A DNA stretch of 64,000 nt from Nitrospirota bacterium (lineage in GTDB: Bacteria; Nitrospirota; UBA9217): assembly GCA_963754875.1 (NCBI GenBank), contig CAVWHO010000007.1:128001-192000 (forward strand), given 5' to 3'. Position numbers and translations under genes: made by a program. Positions 32,030 to 42,965 of the stretch are shown here, piece after piece. Positions within the stretch are counted from its first letter, which is position 1. Each line of letters begins with the position of its first letter. A model generated the notes under the pieces. That model made no database searches and was not told where the DNA came from. It saw nothing but the letters and a program-made list of their open reading frames with translations.

Positions 32030-32560
32030 TTATTTCAGGGAGGAAAGCTGCTGGATCGTCCGCCTAATGGCGTCCGCATCAGGCGCGTCGGGCATAAGCT
32101 CAAGATATTTCTGAAACTCCTTGATCCCCTCTTTGCTCTTGTGCAGATCGCTCGATAGAACCACGGCGAGGTTGCGGTGGCCGTTCGGAAAGTTCGGATC
32201 GATCTTAAGCGCCTTCCGGTACTCCTCGACCGCCTTGTCGAACTTGCCCGTCCCTCGGAAGCAGGTCCCCATATCCACCCGCACGCTCACATTTTTGGGA
32301 TCAAGGGCAAGCGCCTTCTGATACGCCTCGATGGCCTCGCTGTAGCGCTGGGTGTCCATCAGCGCATTCCCGAGATTGATCCAGACATCTTTGCTCTTGG
32401 GTGACATCTTCGCCGCCTGCTCGAATTGGCTTATCTCCAGGGGCGAAGGCCCGGCCGGCGGTATATAGGACATCTGGCTTTTTTCTTCCTTCTTCTGCTG
32501 GCATCCCAGGACGCTGAACAGCAAAACCAGTACGGTCATGATGCTTGTGATGTTCTTCAT
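32030..32560 (-). CDS. TPR lipoprotein
   Basis: Lipobox VLGC; three TPR motifs; AGGAGG RBS. Confidence 0.85.
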   Translation of the reverse strand: MKNITSIMTVLVLLFSVLGCQQKKEEKSQMSYIPPAGPSPLEISQFEQAAKMSPKSKDVWINLGNALMDTQRYSEAIEAYQKALALDPKNVSVRVDMGTCFRGTGKFDKAVEEYRKALKIDPNFPNGHRNLAVVLSSDLHKSKEGIKEFQKYLELMPDAPDADAIRRTIQQLSSLK

Positions 32561-32647
32561 GGTTCCTCCTGTGATAATGGGGAGCTCAATCGGCCTTTGA
32601 AACTCCACAACACTTCTTTCCGGCGCGTCAAACTGTTTCGTTCCCTG

Positions 32648-32965
32648 TCACTCTTTCACGAACGAGCAGCAATAGTCCGTCAGCTTCTTTACTTTCAATT
32701 TGAACTTTGAGTTCGCCGCGGCCTCGAAAGACTGTCCGCCCTTGATGGGCCTCCATGCGGTCTCTCCGGGCAGAAGCACGTCGAGCTCACCGGACAGTAT
32801 TTCCATGAGTTCCTTGTCCGCGGTTCCGAACTCGAACTCTCCCGGCAGCATCACGCCGAGAGTCTTCTTGGCCCCGTCAGGGAACAGTACGGTCCTGCTT
32901 GTCACTTTTCCCTCAAAATAAACGTTCGCCTCACGTACAACCGTGACTCCCTTGAATTCGGACAT
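32648..32965 (-). CDS. ppnP: Pyrimidine/purine nucleoside phosphorylase (DUF1255)
   Basis: [35 protein letters not shown]. Confidence 0.92.
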   Translation of the reverse strand: MSEFKGVTVVREANVYFEGKVTSRTVLFPDGAKKTLGVMLPGEFEFGTADKELMEILSGELDVLLPGETAWRPIKGGQSFEAAANSKFKLKVKKLTDYCCSFVKE

Positions 32966-33277
32966 CGTACACCCCTTTCCTGATATGGCAGTATGCGGCT
33001 CTTCCGGCCGGATACCGGGACATCTGCACCGTCTTTTTTACACTGTATGGCGGGACAATGTCAATGACAAAAAAACAACTCGCTCGTGTTCAAGAGCTGT
33101 TTATTTCTTCTCCTCCTATCGGTACGCGGTCGGTTTCTCTGCACATGCTGGCAATCTTTATTGTCCTGTCCTTGACAACGCTATACGCAGGAACTAAATT
33201 TTAAGAAAGAAGTTTGAGCCCGGTCTTTTTTTGTCTGCAAAATATTAATCAGAAATCATAACAAAGTATCACAGGGA

Positions 33278-34313
33278 ATGGCCATCATGAGACTACTTTT
33301 CGTCGGCGATGTTATGCTCGGAAGGCTGGTAAATGAAACGCTGAAGAGTATGCCGCCTACGTATCCCTGGGGCAACACCCTTCCCGTGTTCAAAGCAAGC
33401 GACCTGCGCATCGGCAATCTCGAGTGCGTGCTCTCGGACCGCGGCGTACCCTGGGGCCGGACCCCAAAGACCTTCCATTTCAGGACCGATGCGAAAAACG
33501 GGGAGTGTCTGAAAGCAGCCGGCTTCAATTTTCTGTCCCTTGCGAACAACCACGCTCTTGATTATGAGTATGAGGCCCTTCTTGACATGCTCGCTCACCT
33601 GGACAAGGCAGAGGTCAGTTATGCGGGCGCCGGGGCCGATGCTATCCAGGCCTCTCGGCCCGCGCTGCTCAGTGCAGGCGGGACCACCATCGCGTTTATC
33701 GCGTTTACCGACAACGAGCCGGATTGGGAGGCCACAGATCAGCGGCCCGGCATTTACTTCGTCCCCCTTGACCGGACCGATGAACGGGCACTGCATCTTT
33801 TTGACATGATCAGGAAGACGAAGAGCACGGCTGACCTCGTGATCGTGTCAGCGCACTGGGGATCGAACTGGGGATACCAGCCGGAGCCCGGCCACGTTCC
33901 CTTTGCGCGAAGGCTCATTGACAGCGGAGCGGACATCGTGCTCGGCCACTCGTGCCATGTTTTTCGCGGCATAGAAATCTACAAAGAGCGGTTGATCCTG
34001 TACAGCACCGGCGATTTCGTGGACGACTATGCGGTTGACGAGATCGAGAGGAATGATGAATCATTCATCTTCGTCGTCGAGACCGACGAGCGACCGCATC
34101 ACCGCACTCACGCTCCATCCCACGGTGATCAGCCACATGCAGGCGCGGCTCGCGAGCCCCCGCGATGCCGTTGTTATTGCGCGCAGGATGCAGCAACTGT
34201 GCGATGGGCTGGGAACGCAGTCGCGATGGAATGAAGAGAAGCGATGTTTGGAAATTTTAATGAAGGAGGAGGAGAATCAATCGAGTAATGAAGCTCAAAG
34301 TGACCACAGATGA
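33278..34313 (+). CDS. CapA/PGA_cap-family metallophosphoesterase (extra base near 34089)
   Basis: GDVMLGR, GNLEC, LANNHALD, SAHWG, GHSCH, YSTGDF; continues in the +1 frame (LHPTVI...). Confidence 0.85.
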
Positions 34314-34460
34314 CCTCGGCAAAAATCAAAAAAAGAAGCATCACTCAAAGCGTGATTGAAATATCCTGTTGATGCGTTCCAATCCACGGCCAACACTCGT
34401 TCGAGATCAATGCTTTTTCCCAAGTTGCACCGTGTTCATCCGTGGTTACCTGAATTTGCC

Positions 34461-36140
34461 TTACCTCGTCAGATGCCGGTACTTGATCCTGTGCGGCTGG
34501 TCCGCATCGGCGCCGAGCCGCTTCTTCCGGTCATCCTCGTACTCCGTGAAGTTGCCGTCAAAGAAAGCGACCTTGCTGTCGCCCTCAAAGGCCAGGATGT
34601 GCGTTGCAATCCTGTCCAAAAACCAGCGGTCGTGGCTGATCACCACGGCGCAGCCCGCAAAGTTCTCGAGGCCTTCTTCGAGCGCCCGCATCGTGTTCAC
34701 GTCAATATCGTTCGTGGGCTCGTCAAGAAGCAGAACGTTCGCCTCTTCCTTCAAAATGCGCGCAAGGTGTACCCGGTTCCGCTCGCCGCCGGACAGCACG
34801 CCGACCTTCTTCTGCTGGTCCGTGCCGCCGAAGTTGAAGCGCGATACGTAGGCGCGGGAGTTCATCAGGAGCTTGCCGAGCTGGACCTGTTCCTGGCCGC
34901 CGGTGATCACTTCCCATATGGTCTTGTTCGGGTCGAGCACGTCGCGGCTCTGGTCCACATACCCGAGCTTCACGGTCTCGCCGATCCTGATCGTTCCCTT
35001 GTCCGGCTTGTCCTGGCCCGTGATCATGCGAAAGAGCGTGGTTTTGCCCGCGCCGTTCGGCCCGATCACGCCCACGATGCCGCCGGGCGGCAGCATGAAG
35101 GACATGTTTTCGACAAGGATGTTGTCGCCAAAGGCCTTGGTCACGTTCTCGGCCTCGATCACGACCTTGCCGAGCCGCGGTCCCGGCGGGATATAGATCT
35201 CCAGTTCCTTGCCGCGCGCCTCGGTCTGCTGGCGGAGCAGCTCTTCGTAGGAGCTGATGCGCGCCTTGGATTTCGCGTGCCTGCCCTTGGGAGACATCCT
35301 GATCCACTCGAGTTCGCGGGCGAGCGTTTTCTGGCGTTCACTCTCGGTCTTTTCCTCCTGCTTCAGCCGTTCGCCCTTTTGCTCGAGCCAGGAAGAATAG
35401 TTGCCCTTCCACGGGATGCCCTGGCCGCGGTCGAGTTCCAAAATCCAGCCGGCCACGTTGTCGAGGAAGTACCGGTCATGGGTCACGGCTATGACCGTTC
35501 CCTCGTATCTCTGGAGATGGTGCTCAAGCCAGGCAACGGACTCGGCATCGAGGTGGTTCGTAGGCTCATCAAGCAAAAGTATGTCCGGCTTCTGGAGAAG
35601 CAGGCGGCAAAGCGCCACGCGCCGTTTCTCTCCGCCCGAAAGTACCTTGACCTGCGTATCAGGGGCAGGACAGCGCAGGGCATCCATGGCCATGTCCAGC
35701 CTGCTGTCGAGCTCCCATGCGTTCGCATGGTCGAGTTTCTCCTGCACCTCGCCCTGGCGCGCAATGAGCTTGTTCATCTCATCATCGGACATGGGATCGG
35801 CAAAGCTTTCGTTGATCTTGTTGTACTCATGCAAAAGGTCGACAATCTGCTGCACGCCCTCTTCCACGCACTGACGCACGGTCTTGTCCGGATCGAGCTT
35901 GGGTTCCTGTTCGAGAATTCCGACGGTGTAGCCTGAAGAGACCACGACCTCGCCCACGAACTCCTTGTCCTGGCCAGCCATGATCCTAAGCAGCGAGCTC
36001 TTTCCCGAGCCGTTCAGGCCGAGCACGCCGATCTTTGCGCCGTAGAAGTACGAAAGGTAGATGTCCTTCAGGACCGGCTTCTTGTCGTAGAACTTGCCCA
36101 CTCCGACCATGGAGTAGATTATCTTGTTTGGTTCAGCCAT
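34461..36140 (-). CDS. ettA: Energy-dependent translational throttle protein
   Basis: [52 protein letters not shown]. Confidence 0.96.
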   Translation of the reverse strand: MAEPNKIIYSMVGVGKFYDKKPVLKDIYLSYFYGAKIGVLGLNGSGKSSLLRIMAGQDKEFVGEVVVSSGYTVGILEQEPKLDPDKTVRQCVEEGVQQIVDLLHEYNKINESFADPMSDDEMNKLIARQGEVQEKLDHANAWELDSRLDMAMDALRCPAPDTQVKVLSGGEKRRVALCRLLLQKPDILLLDEPTNHLDAESVAWLEHHLQRYEGTVIAVTHDRYFLDNVAGWILELDRGQGIPWKGNYSSWLEQKGERLKQEEKTESERQKTLARELEWIRMSPKGRHAKSKARISSYEELLRQQTEARGKELEIYIPPGPRLGKVVIEAENVTKAFGDNILVENMSFMLPPGGIVGVIGPNGAGKTTLFRMITGQDKPDKGTIRIGETVKLGYVDQSRDVLDPNKTIWEVITGGQEQVQLGKLLMNSRAYVSRFNFGGTDQQKKVGVLSGGERNRVHLARILKEEANVLLLDEPTNDIDVNTMRALEEGLENFAGCAVVISHDRWFLDRIATHILAFEGDSKVAFFDGNFTEYEDDRKKRLGADADQPHRIKYRHLTR

Positions 36141-36297
36141 AAATTTTCACAACCTCCGGGAAATAGTAGGCTCTTTGTACACTGTATTATAGCAACGTGT
36201 CAATATAAAAAAGGGCGGGGAAAGCACGGCTGGTCACTGAAATAGTTACAAAAAGATCGGTCTGTCATTCTGAGCAAATATCCCCGGCCCGGCAGGT

Positions 36298-37131
36298 TCA
36301 CTTCAGGCCATGCTGAAAAATGGAAGCGATATCTTTATCATCGTACCTTTCTCTTCTCCACCGGTACGGCAAATCGATGATCGTGCCCGGCTCCCGTACT
36401 GTAAGAAGCGCCCGGAACGTTTCCGCCAGGACAACGCGCTGCTGAGCAGTATTAAAGGGCTCGCCAAAGGGATGACCGAAGGGCCACCTCAGGAAAACGG
36501 TCCTCGGCGGCCTGACCTTCTCTGAATATTCACGAACGATCGATACGCCGATCGTCGGGATCCCCGCCTTCTCTATTTCCCGCTGTATCAATCCCACGGA
36601 TTGATTGCAGATGCCTCAGCCGGGCGTCAAGAGAACGATATCGACATGCGCTTTTTTCAAACGGCCGGCGACCTCGGACGCCGTCTTAAAAATCAGCGTT
36701 GGGATATGCCTGCCGATGATATGTCCCATGAAACCGTAGTGCAGGTCGGCAACTTGCCCGATGCGTCCTTCTTGTGCGAATTCCTTCAGCCGTGTAATAG
36801 GGAAAACGATGTTAATGTCTTTATCGGCATCGGTGTGATCATAGTAGTCATGGGTGATCATAAGGCTTGAGAGGGGTTTCCTGAAATCGATGACCCGAAA
36901 CGACGGATCGCCGTCATGGTCCTTCATATCGAACGGTTCCTGATCGCGGTGATGAACGCCGGCCGTAGTCACCAGTGCGACGGTGGAGGTGGCAAGTGCT
37001 TTCGTCACCGGGGTCCAGGGAACATCAGTGGATTTCCACGGTTCGTAGGAAGCCGTAAACCTCTCGGCGAGCGAAGGAAACCGGGTGATGACTTTTGCGA
37101 TGAATTGGTTTTTAAATCTGCTGAAGCTCAT
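36298..37131 (-). CDS. GrdB/PrdB-family reductase selenoprotein; in-frame UGA at 36616-36618 read as Sec (277 aa)
   Basis: ALVTTAG, GDPSFR, DINIVFP; two ORFs in one frame joined as LLTPG-U-GIC-NQSVGLIQREIEKAGIPT; FGHPFGEP. Confidence 0.88.
36583..36610 (-). promoter_or_regulatory. Candidate bacterial SECIS hairpin
   Basis: Minus strand CUG-CA-AUCAAUCC-GUG-GGAUUGAU-A-CAG; G-starting loop 18 nt after the UGA. Confidence 0.65.
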
Positions 37132-37280
37132 GGGTCAGGTGCCCTTCACCGAACACGACGAAACTATAGTTCCGTATTTGATATCCTCGTCGCGGTCTCT
37201 TATGTAAATTTATCCGTATTCCCGCATCCTCCGTCCCGCATCATATGTTGTCGAAACGGAGCGGGCTCGCGGGACTGTGG

Positions 37281-37655
37281 TTATGACAAGCCATTTGTCC
37301 CGCGATACTCCCGTAATTTTGCAGCAACGAAGGATCGGATGATCGGGTCGATTTCTTTGCTTTTTGAGAGAAACAGACCCGTGATCTCATCGATCGGGCA
37401 CAAACCATCAGGCAGCAGGATCGGCGACTGGTTCTTGGCAGGATTAGTTTCTCCTGAATCCACTCTCTCGTGGCTGAAACCCGTTTTTTGCCGCCACGTC
37501 AACGCCCGTTCCGATCTCTGCTTATCATAACACAATTGAAATCCGGAAATAGCGCCGTCATGGTCCGGCCAGATGATGAGGTCGAAATCATCATCTGAAA
37601 ACCATCGGCGCTGCCCGTCGTTTGAATTTTCCCGAGCATAAGATTCTTGCAGCAT
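37281..37655 (-). CDS. Hypothetical protein
   Basis: 124-aa ORF with protein-like composition (RRWFSDDDFDLIIW...FQLCYDK), codirectional with neighbours. Confidence 0.6.
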   Translation of the reverse strand: MLQESYARENSNDGQRRWFSDDDFDLIIWPDHDGAISGFQLCYDKQRSERALTWRQKTGFSHERVDSGETNPAKNQSPILLPDGLCPIDEITGLFLSKSKEIDPIIRSFVAAKLREYRGTNGLS

Positions 37656-37725
37656 TGGTCGCTCCGATCCGAAGTTGACAAGGCTGCCGATTTTTGGGCC
37701 GTGTCTGTTGCCGCACTGGACTGCT

Positions 37726-38646
37726 CTAGTCCTTCAGCATCTCCTCGATCGTGATCTTGACCGAGTCGCAGAGTGCCGGGCGGTGATACCCCCCCTCGAG
37801 GGCAAACACTACAGGAAGTGCGGCGCTGGATTGCAGGATGCTTTGGACGATGCAGCGGATGCCTTCATCGGAGACGCGCATGTTGGTGTACGGATCGTTG
37901 ACATGAATATCGTATCCCGCGGACACCAGGACGATGTCCGGCTGGAAGCGTCCGATCAACCCCGGCAGGATGTCCTGGTATACCATGAGATACTCTTTGT
38001 TTCCCGAACCGGCCTGGATCGGGACATTGTAGGTGAACCCCGCTCCCCTGCCCCTGCCGCGCTCCATGTCCTTGCCCGTGTCGGGATAGTAGGGATGTTG
38101 GTGCGTGCTGAAATAGAAGACGCTGTCGTCTTCCTCGAAGATGTGCTGGGTGCCGTTTCCGTGGTGGGCGTCGAAGTCGATGATGAATACGCGCTCGTAA
38201 CCGATGGCCTGCGCGTACCGTGCCCCGATCGCGACGTTATTGAAAAGGCAGAAGCCCATGCCCTGGTCCGTTTCGGCGTGGTGTCCGGGAGGCCGGATTG
38301 CGCAGAACGCGCGATCGATTTCTTTTCTTTTGCACAGTGCCACGGCTTCCATGACTGCTCCCGCAGCATGAAGCGCAGCCTCGAAACTGCCTTCCGACAA
38401 ATAGGTGTCAGGATCGAGTTCTCCCGCTCCGAAGTTTTTTATTTTTTCTATATAGCCATGGGTGTGGACGCGGGCAAGATCGTCAAGGGTCGCGCTGCGC
38501 GCAGGGATGGGGATGAGCTTCTGCCAGAGGCCCGATGCCTTGAGCGTGACAATGATGTTGATGATCCGGTCCGGCAAATCAGGATGCCAAACCGGCGGTT
38601 CGTGATGAAGACAGATCTCATCAAAGGCGAAACCGACTTTTTTCAT
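37726..38646 (-). CDS. Histone deacetylase-family amidohydrolase
   Basis: RPPGHHA, GFCLFNN, DFDAHHGNGT, SAGYD, LEGGY. Confidence 0.93.
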   Translation of the reverse strand: MKKVGFAFDEICLHHEPPVWHPDLPDRIINIIVTLKASGLWQKLIPIPARSATLDDLARVHTHGYIEKIKNFGAGELDPDTYLSEGSFEAALHAAGAVMEAVALCKRKEIDRAFCAIRPPGHHAETDQGMGFCLFNNVAIGARYAQAIGYERVFIIDFDAHHGNGTQHIFEEDDSVFYFSTHQHPYYPDTGKDMERGRGRGAGFTYNVPIQAGSGNKEYLMVYQDILPGLIGRFQPDIVLVSAGYDIHVNDPYTNMRVSDEGIRCIVQSILQSSAALPVVFALEGGYHRPALCDSVKITIEEMLKD

Positions 38647-38665
38647 GGAGAAGGATTGTCCCTTC

Positions 38666-38724
38666 ATAGGGGCGCCCCTTATGGTCGCCCTCTCAATGGG
38701 TAGTCGCAGCGGGCCGCCCCTACA
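38666..38724. repeat. GTAG-type REP-like inverted pair
   Basis: ATAGGGGCGCCCCTTATGGTCGCCC ... GGGTAGTCGCAGCGGGCCGCCCCTACA. Confidence 0.6.
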
Positions 38725-38761
38725 GGAAAAAGATGTTAGGGACTCTAAACAATATATGCTG

Positions 38762-39498
38762 CTATTTCTTCCCGCACGTCGGGCAATCGGGGTCTTTCCG
38801 GATCTTGAACTTCTTAAAGTCCGTCGTGGCCCCTTCCCAGACGAGGAGCTGGCCTTTGATGGTCGAGCCGGTTCCGGAAAGGTACTTCAGCGTCTCCAGG
38901 GCCTGGAGCGAGCCGATAACCGCCGGTGTAACGCCGAGCACGGGAAAAACTTCCTTCGGCGGGGCTTCCGGGAAGATGCAGCGCAGGCAGGGCGTTTCCG
39001 GCGACTGGATGAACGAGAGCCGTCCGTCGATGCCCCAGATGCTGCCGTACACGAGGGGGATCTTTTTTCTGATGGCGCACTCGTTCAGCAGGAAACGGGT
39101 CGGGAAATTGTCCATGCAGTCGAGGATGATGTCGGCGTCGCCCACGAGCCGGTCGACGTTCTCCTCCACGATCTTGTCCGTGAAGGCAGTGATCGTTGAT
39201 CTCGGGATTGAGCCGCTCGAGGGTCATCTTGCCCGAGACGGCCTTGTTCGTGCCGATCCGCGTGTGGTCGTGCAGGATCTGGCGGTTCAGGTTCGACCAG
39301 TCCGGGGAATCGAAATCGCAGATCCGGATGTTGCCCGACGCCGGCTACGGCAAGGTAGATCGAGACCGGCGACCCGAGCCCGCCTGCTCCCGCGATGAAG
39401 ACCGTGGATCTTTTGATCTTCTTCTGGGTCGCTTCACCCCACCCTTCCATCATCATCTGCCTGGTGTAGCGCTTCTGCTCTGTTTCAGAAAGACTCAT
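38762..39498 (-). CDS. ThiF/MoeB/HesA-family adenylyltransferase (extra bases near 39335 and 39197)
   Basis: RYTRQ, GAGGLG, SNLNRQ, DCMDN, PCLRC and CPTC spread over three frames. Confidence 0.85.
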
Positions 39499-39644
39499 GC
39501 ACCCCCCCCTTGCTACCCTCGCCATGACGCGAGGATATGAGCGCTAATTATATCCTGTGGAATTCGCTTTTATCAAGAGTTTTATTGGTTCTTTCGCAAG
39601 AAGATTGATCGAACGGATTACGATCAATTCTTGTTAAAAAGCTG

Positions 39645-39742
39645 TCAGGAGAAATGGAGACGTTAGATTGAGAAATCGGGAAAAAGGAGTTTGAATTGCT
39701 AATTTCCCTCTTTCGCTTTTCAATTCCCCCTTTCCCCTTGAG
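39645..39742. repeat. Dispersed bipartite repeat element, copy 2
   Basis: CAGGAGAAATGGAGACGTT... and TTTCCCTCTTTCGCTTTTCAATTCCCCCTTTCCCCTTGAG. Confidence 0.7.
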
Positions 39743-39791
39743 GACCTTGTAGGATGTTAGGATCGTTCAGCGGAATGCGAATGATCTGTTT

Positions 39792-40643
39792 TTATTTCAA
39801 CCGTACTCTGGCTTTGCGCAGCAGGAGGTCGGGCAGATAGGACGATTTAAAAACGCGCAGGTTCTCTTTGTCCAGGTCCTGTTCGAGGTTCAGGTATTTA
39901 TACTTCGGCGGAAGGATCTTTGCAAAATTGTTGAACATATACTGGTAAATGCCCTTGAACTTTGTCCGGGCTTTGGCGAAATGCAGCACGAAGGTCTCGT
40001 CGCTCACCTCTTCGCCGAGCACGAAGCCCGCAGGCTCGTTGTTCGCATAGTAGATGCCGCCGCAAAGGACAAGTTCATCGTACCGGTCAAGCGCCTCGAG
40101 ACAGGCAGCGTAATCCGTTTCATCGGCGTTCATTTCCGAAGTCGCCTGCCAGTCCGAAAGAATGAAGCGCGCTTGAGCAAGCCGGTCATTCGAGAGCGGC
40201 AACGCTTCGTGCTGGTAGAGCTTCAGGAACTGGGCAAGGAGGTTCCGTTTTTTGTGCAGGTTTCTTCCTTTATAGGTGCTCATTTTTTCTACAGTGAATA
40301 CGTAGTCCGCGTCGCCGTCTTTGTAAGTTATATCGAATGCATCCGGCTCGAAAATGGCAAGCCATTCCTCAGGGATCGGAAAAAGGAAGTCCACGGTTTC
40401 CATGAGGTCCTTGATCAAGCCCATGTCCGCCGTGCGCACATCAAAGGCCGGCATGAGATAGGTCCGCCCGTCGTAGGACTTTCCTTTGACAAAAATGTTG
40501 CGGTCCGTGATGACCTCATAATCGTGGTTGCCCCGGAAGAGGTACAGGTTGGCAAAGGTATATTCAGAGAGGCCGGCCCTGGCCTCCTTGAGCAGGGGGG
40601 CCAGGAGTTCCTTGTGCTGCAGCCCCAGTTTTTCGATCAGCAT
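39792..40643 (-). CDS. DUF2156 (aminoacyl-phosphatidylglycerol synthase C-terminal-like, GNAT fold) protein
   Basis: SEYTFANLY, DYVF, KKRN, LHFAKA, KGIYQ, LNLEQD, FKSSY.P. Confidence 0.8.
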   Translation of the reverse strand: MLIEKLGLQHKELLAPLLKEARAGLSEYTFANLYLFRGNHDYEVITDRNIFVKGKSYDGRTYLMPAFDVRTADMGLIKDLMETVDFLFPIPEEWLAIFEPDAFDITYKDGDADYVFTVEKMSTYKGRNLHKKRNLLAQFLKLYQHEALPLSNDRLAQARFILSDWQATSEMNADETDYAACLEALDRYDELVLCGGIYYANNEPAGFVLGEEVSDETFVLHFAKARTKFKGIYQYMFNNFAKILPPKYKYLNLEQDLDKENLRVFKSSYLPDLLLRKARVRLK

Positions 40644-40776
40644 CCTTCAACTATAATCGATAACAGGATTTTGTCAAGAGACGCGGCAGTGAGATGGCGT
40701 TTGCAATAGGACTTTGTGGTATACTTGTACAAACATAATAATTGTCTGGATTTATCATCTCTTAAAGGAGGAAGGC

Positions 40777-41559
40777 ATGCTCGTAATAGCGGAGAACCTG
40801 AACATACGGAACAAAGAGTATATGGGAGCAATCAAGAAAAAGGACCGCAAGGCAATCGAAATCATGGCAAAGGAGCTGGCGTCAAAGGGCGCGGATTTGA
40901 TCAATGTCCAGGTCTCGGCAGACGGCGCAGAAGATGAGGATGCACTTCCCTTTGCAGCGGAGGCCGTTCAGCAGGGGGCCGGCCTGCCCCTCTGCCTCGA
41001 TTCTCGGAACGTGAAGGCGCTGGCAAAGGCCGTGCCGCTCTGCGAAGAACCGCCGATAATCAACTACCTTTCAGCTGACGAGAAAAATCCCGCCGACCTG
41101 CTGGCCCTCGTCAGGGAGACGAAAGCCAACCTCATCATTCGCGCGCTCAAGGGGACCGTGCCCTCGACGCTCGAGGCAAAACTCATGATCATCGAGGATT
41201 TGATCGAGAAGGCGAACGAGGCCGACGTCCCGAACGAACGGCTCTTCGCCGACCCGTCGGTGGTACACATCGGCAAGGGCCAGGGCCAGGAGCACCTCTT
41301 GAACGCCCACGAGAGCGTCATCGTCCTGAACGAGATGGTCGATCCGCCGCTCAACACGGTGATCTGGCTCTCGAACATTACCTCGGGCCTGCCGAAGAAC
41401 CTGAAATCGTCGGTTGCCGCGGCCTATCTCTATTACCTTGCCGGGGCCGGGCTGAACGCAGCGCTGGTGAACGTGAAGGACGAGGAACTGATGAAGGCGG
41501 TGTATCTGATCAAGGCCTTCCGGGATGATGTGGTCTTCTCCCCGGCGGATCTGGCATAG
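40777..41559 (+). CDS. Pterin-binding methyltetrahydrofolate:corrinoid methyltransferase (AcsE-like)
   Basis: MLVIAENLNI, GADLINV, PLCLDS, IINY, ADP, LSNIT; several non-canonical residues. Confidence 0.75.
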   Translation: MLVIAENLNIRNKEYMGAIKKKDRKAIEIMAKELASKGADLINVQVSADGAEDEDALPFAAEAVQQGAGLPLCLDSRNVKALAKAVPLCEEPPIINYLSADEKNPADLLALVRETKANLIIRALKGTVPSTLEAKLMIIEDLIEKANEADVPNERLFADPSVVHIGKGQGQEHLLNAHESVIVLNEMVDPPLNTVIWLSNITSGLPKNLKSSVAAAYLYYLAGAGLNAALVNVKDEELMKAVYLIKAFRDDVVFSPADLA

Positions 41560-41585
41560 GCGGGGTTTGACAGCCGATAACTTTG

Positions 41586-41617
41586 AAAGGCGGGAGCATG
41601 CTTCCCGCCTTTTTTTT
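41586..41617 (+). terminator. Intrinsic terminator
   Basis: AAAGGCGGGA-gcatgct-TCCCGCCTTTTTTTT. Confidence 0.85.
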
Positions 41618-41755
41618 CGGCACATCGTGTGAAGTGATCCTCGCAAAACTCGGAAACGGTTAGCTTCTCGCTGTAAAATTTGCCTAAGCAATTACCTCTT
41701 GTTTTAACCTACCCCTTTTGCTATAGTAAGCCGTCACCTTTCAAGCCATCGCCAA

Positions 41756-42952
41756 ATGAGCTTAATAAACGAATATATCGAAATGATTAAGAAGTCCGGC
41801 AACTCTGCGCTGGAATCGGAACTTCTGCGTTTAATCAGCGAGTATAATAAATTGAGGTCGACCTATCTCTTTGTCTATGCCTCAGCTATAGGAAAACAAA
41901 TTCCCAATATTGCCCTTGATCAAGCAGACTATTACATCATTCGTGATTTTCTTTCCGACAAAAACAGCATAAAAAAAGTTGATGTCTACATTGAAACACC
42001 CGGCGGTAGCGGCGAAGCGGCAGAGGAAATTGTGCTCTTTCTCAGAAAGCACTTTGAAACCGTCTCTTTTGTCGTTTCAGGAGAAGCAAAAAGTGCGGGG
42101 ACTTTGATAGTCCTATCCGGTGACGAAATCCTTATGACTGAAACAGGCAGCCTCGGACCGATTGACGCGCAAATGAAAATAGGCCGCTCGGTTATATCGG
42201 CCTATGACTACATGGAATGGGTCAAGCAGCAGCGGGAAGACGCGCAGAAAAATGATCGCCTCAACCCGTTCGATGCAACGATGGTAGCACAGATTACACC
42301 GGGAGAATTAGGGAATGTTTATCATGCACTGAAGTTCGCCGAAGACCTCGTTGTTGAATGGCTGGTAAACTATAAGTTCAAAAAATGGAATAAGACGGAA
42401 ACGCAGGGCAAGCCGGTAACCCCTGAGATGAAAAGCAAACGAGCCGCAGAAATCGCCCAGGCACTGAGTAACCATGCGAAATGGCGCTCTCACGGAAGAT
42501 CTATCAAGATAGAAGACTTGGAGGAGATAAACCTCAAGATAGCGTGCGTCGACGATGATCCCAAATTGGCCGATGTCGTGTACCGAATTCAGATGGTATG
42601 CAGACTGCTGTTCGACTCTTCCCAGACTTATAAAATTTTTGCGACAGCCGATAGTAAGCTGTTTAAACAGGCGACTCCGACTGGGCTCACGGGGCCAATG
42701 ATAGCACCACCGATGCCTGCTCAGAAGTTGGATGTGGCCCGTATCGAGCCGCTATGCCCCAAGTGCGGAACTGTCCATAAAATATTTGCGAAGTTTAATC
42801 CGAATCCGCAGATCGATGTAGAAATGCGGGCGCAGGGCTTTACACCGTTTCCATCACATGGTAAAATAAGGTGTAAGTGTGGATTTGAAATAGACCTTCT
42901 TGGCATCAAAAACCAGATAGAATCTCAGACAGGCCGAAAAACTGTCCTCTAA
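41756..42952 (+). CDS. ClpP/S49-like serine protease (SDH_sah type) with C-terminal Cys4 zinc-ribbon-like domain
   Basis: IETPGG, AKSAGT, LGPIDAQ, SHGRSI; CPKC...CKC. Confidence 0.8.
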   Translation: MSLINEYIEMIKKSGNSALESELLRLISEYNKLRSTYLFVYASAIGKQIPNIALDQADYYIIRDFLSDKNSIKKVDVYIETPGGSGEAAEEIVLFLRKHFETVSFVVSGEAKSAGTLIVLSGDEILMTETGSLGPIDAQMKIGRSVISAYDYMEWVKQQREDAQKNDRLNPFDATMVAQITPGELGNVYHALKFAEDLVVEWLVNYKFKKWNKTETQGKPVTPEMKSKRAAEIAQALSNHAKWRSHGRSIKIEDLEEINLKIACVDDDPKLADVVYRIQMVCRLLFDSSQTYKIFATADSKLFKQATPTGLTGPMIAPPMPAQKLDVARIEPLCPKCGTVHKIFAKFNPNPQIDVEMRAQGFTPFPSHGKIRCKCGFEIDLLGIKNQIESQTGRKTVL

Positions 42953-42965
42953 GGGGTAAGCCGTT

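Noticed and set aside
34356..35936. 526-aa plus-strand ORF and similar long antisense ORFs (e.g. 11204-12145, 12070-13092, 18792-19751, 37675-38703, 59714-60703)
   Set aside because: Shadow frames opposite clearly recognisable genes; expected from high-GC codon bias
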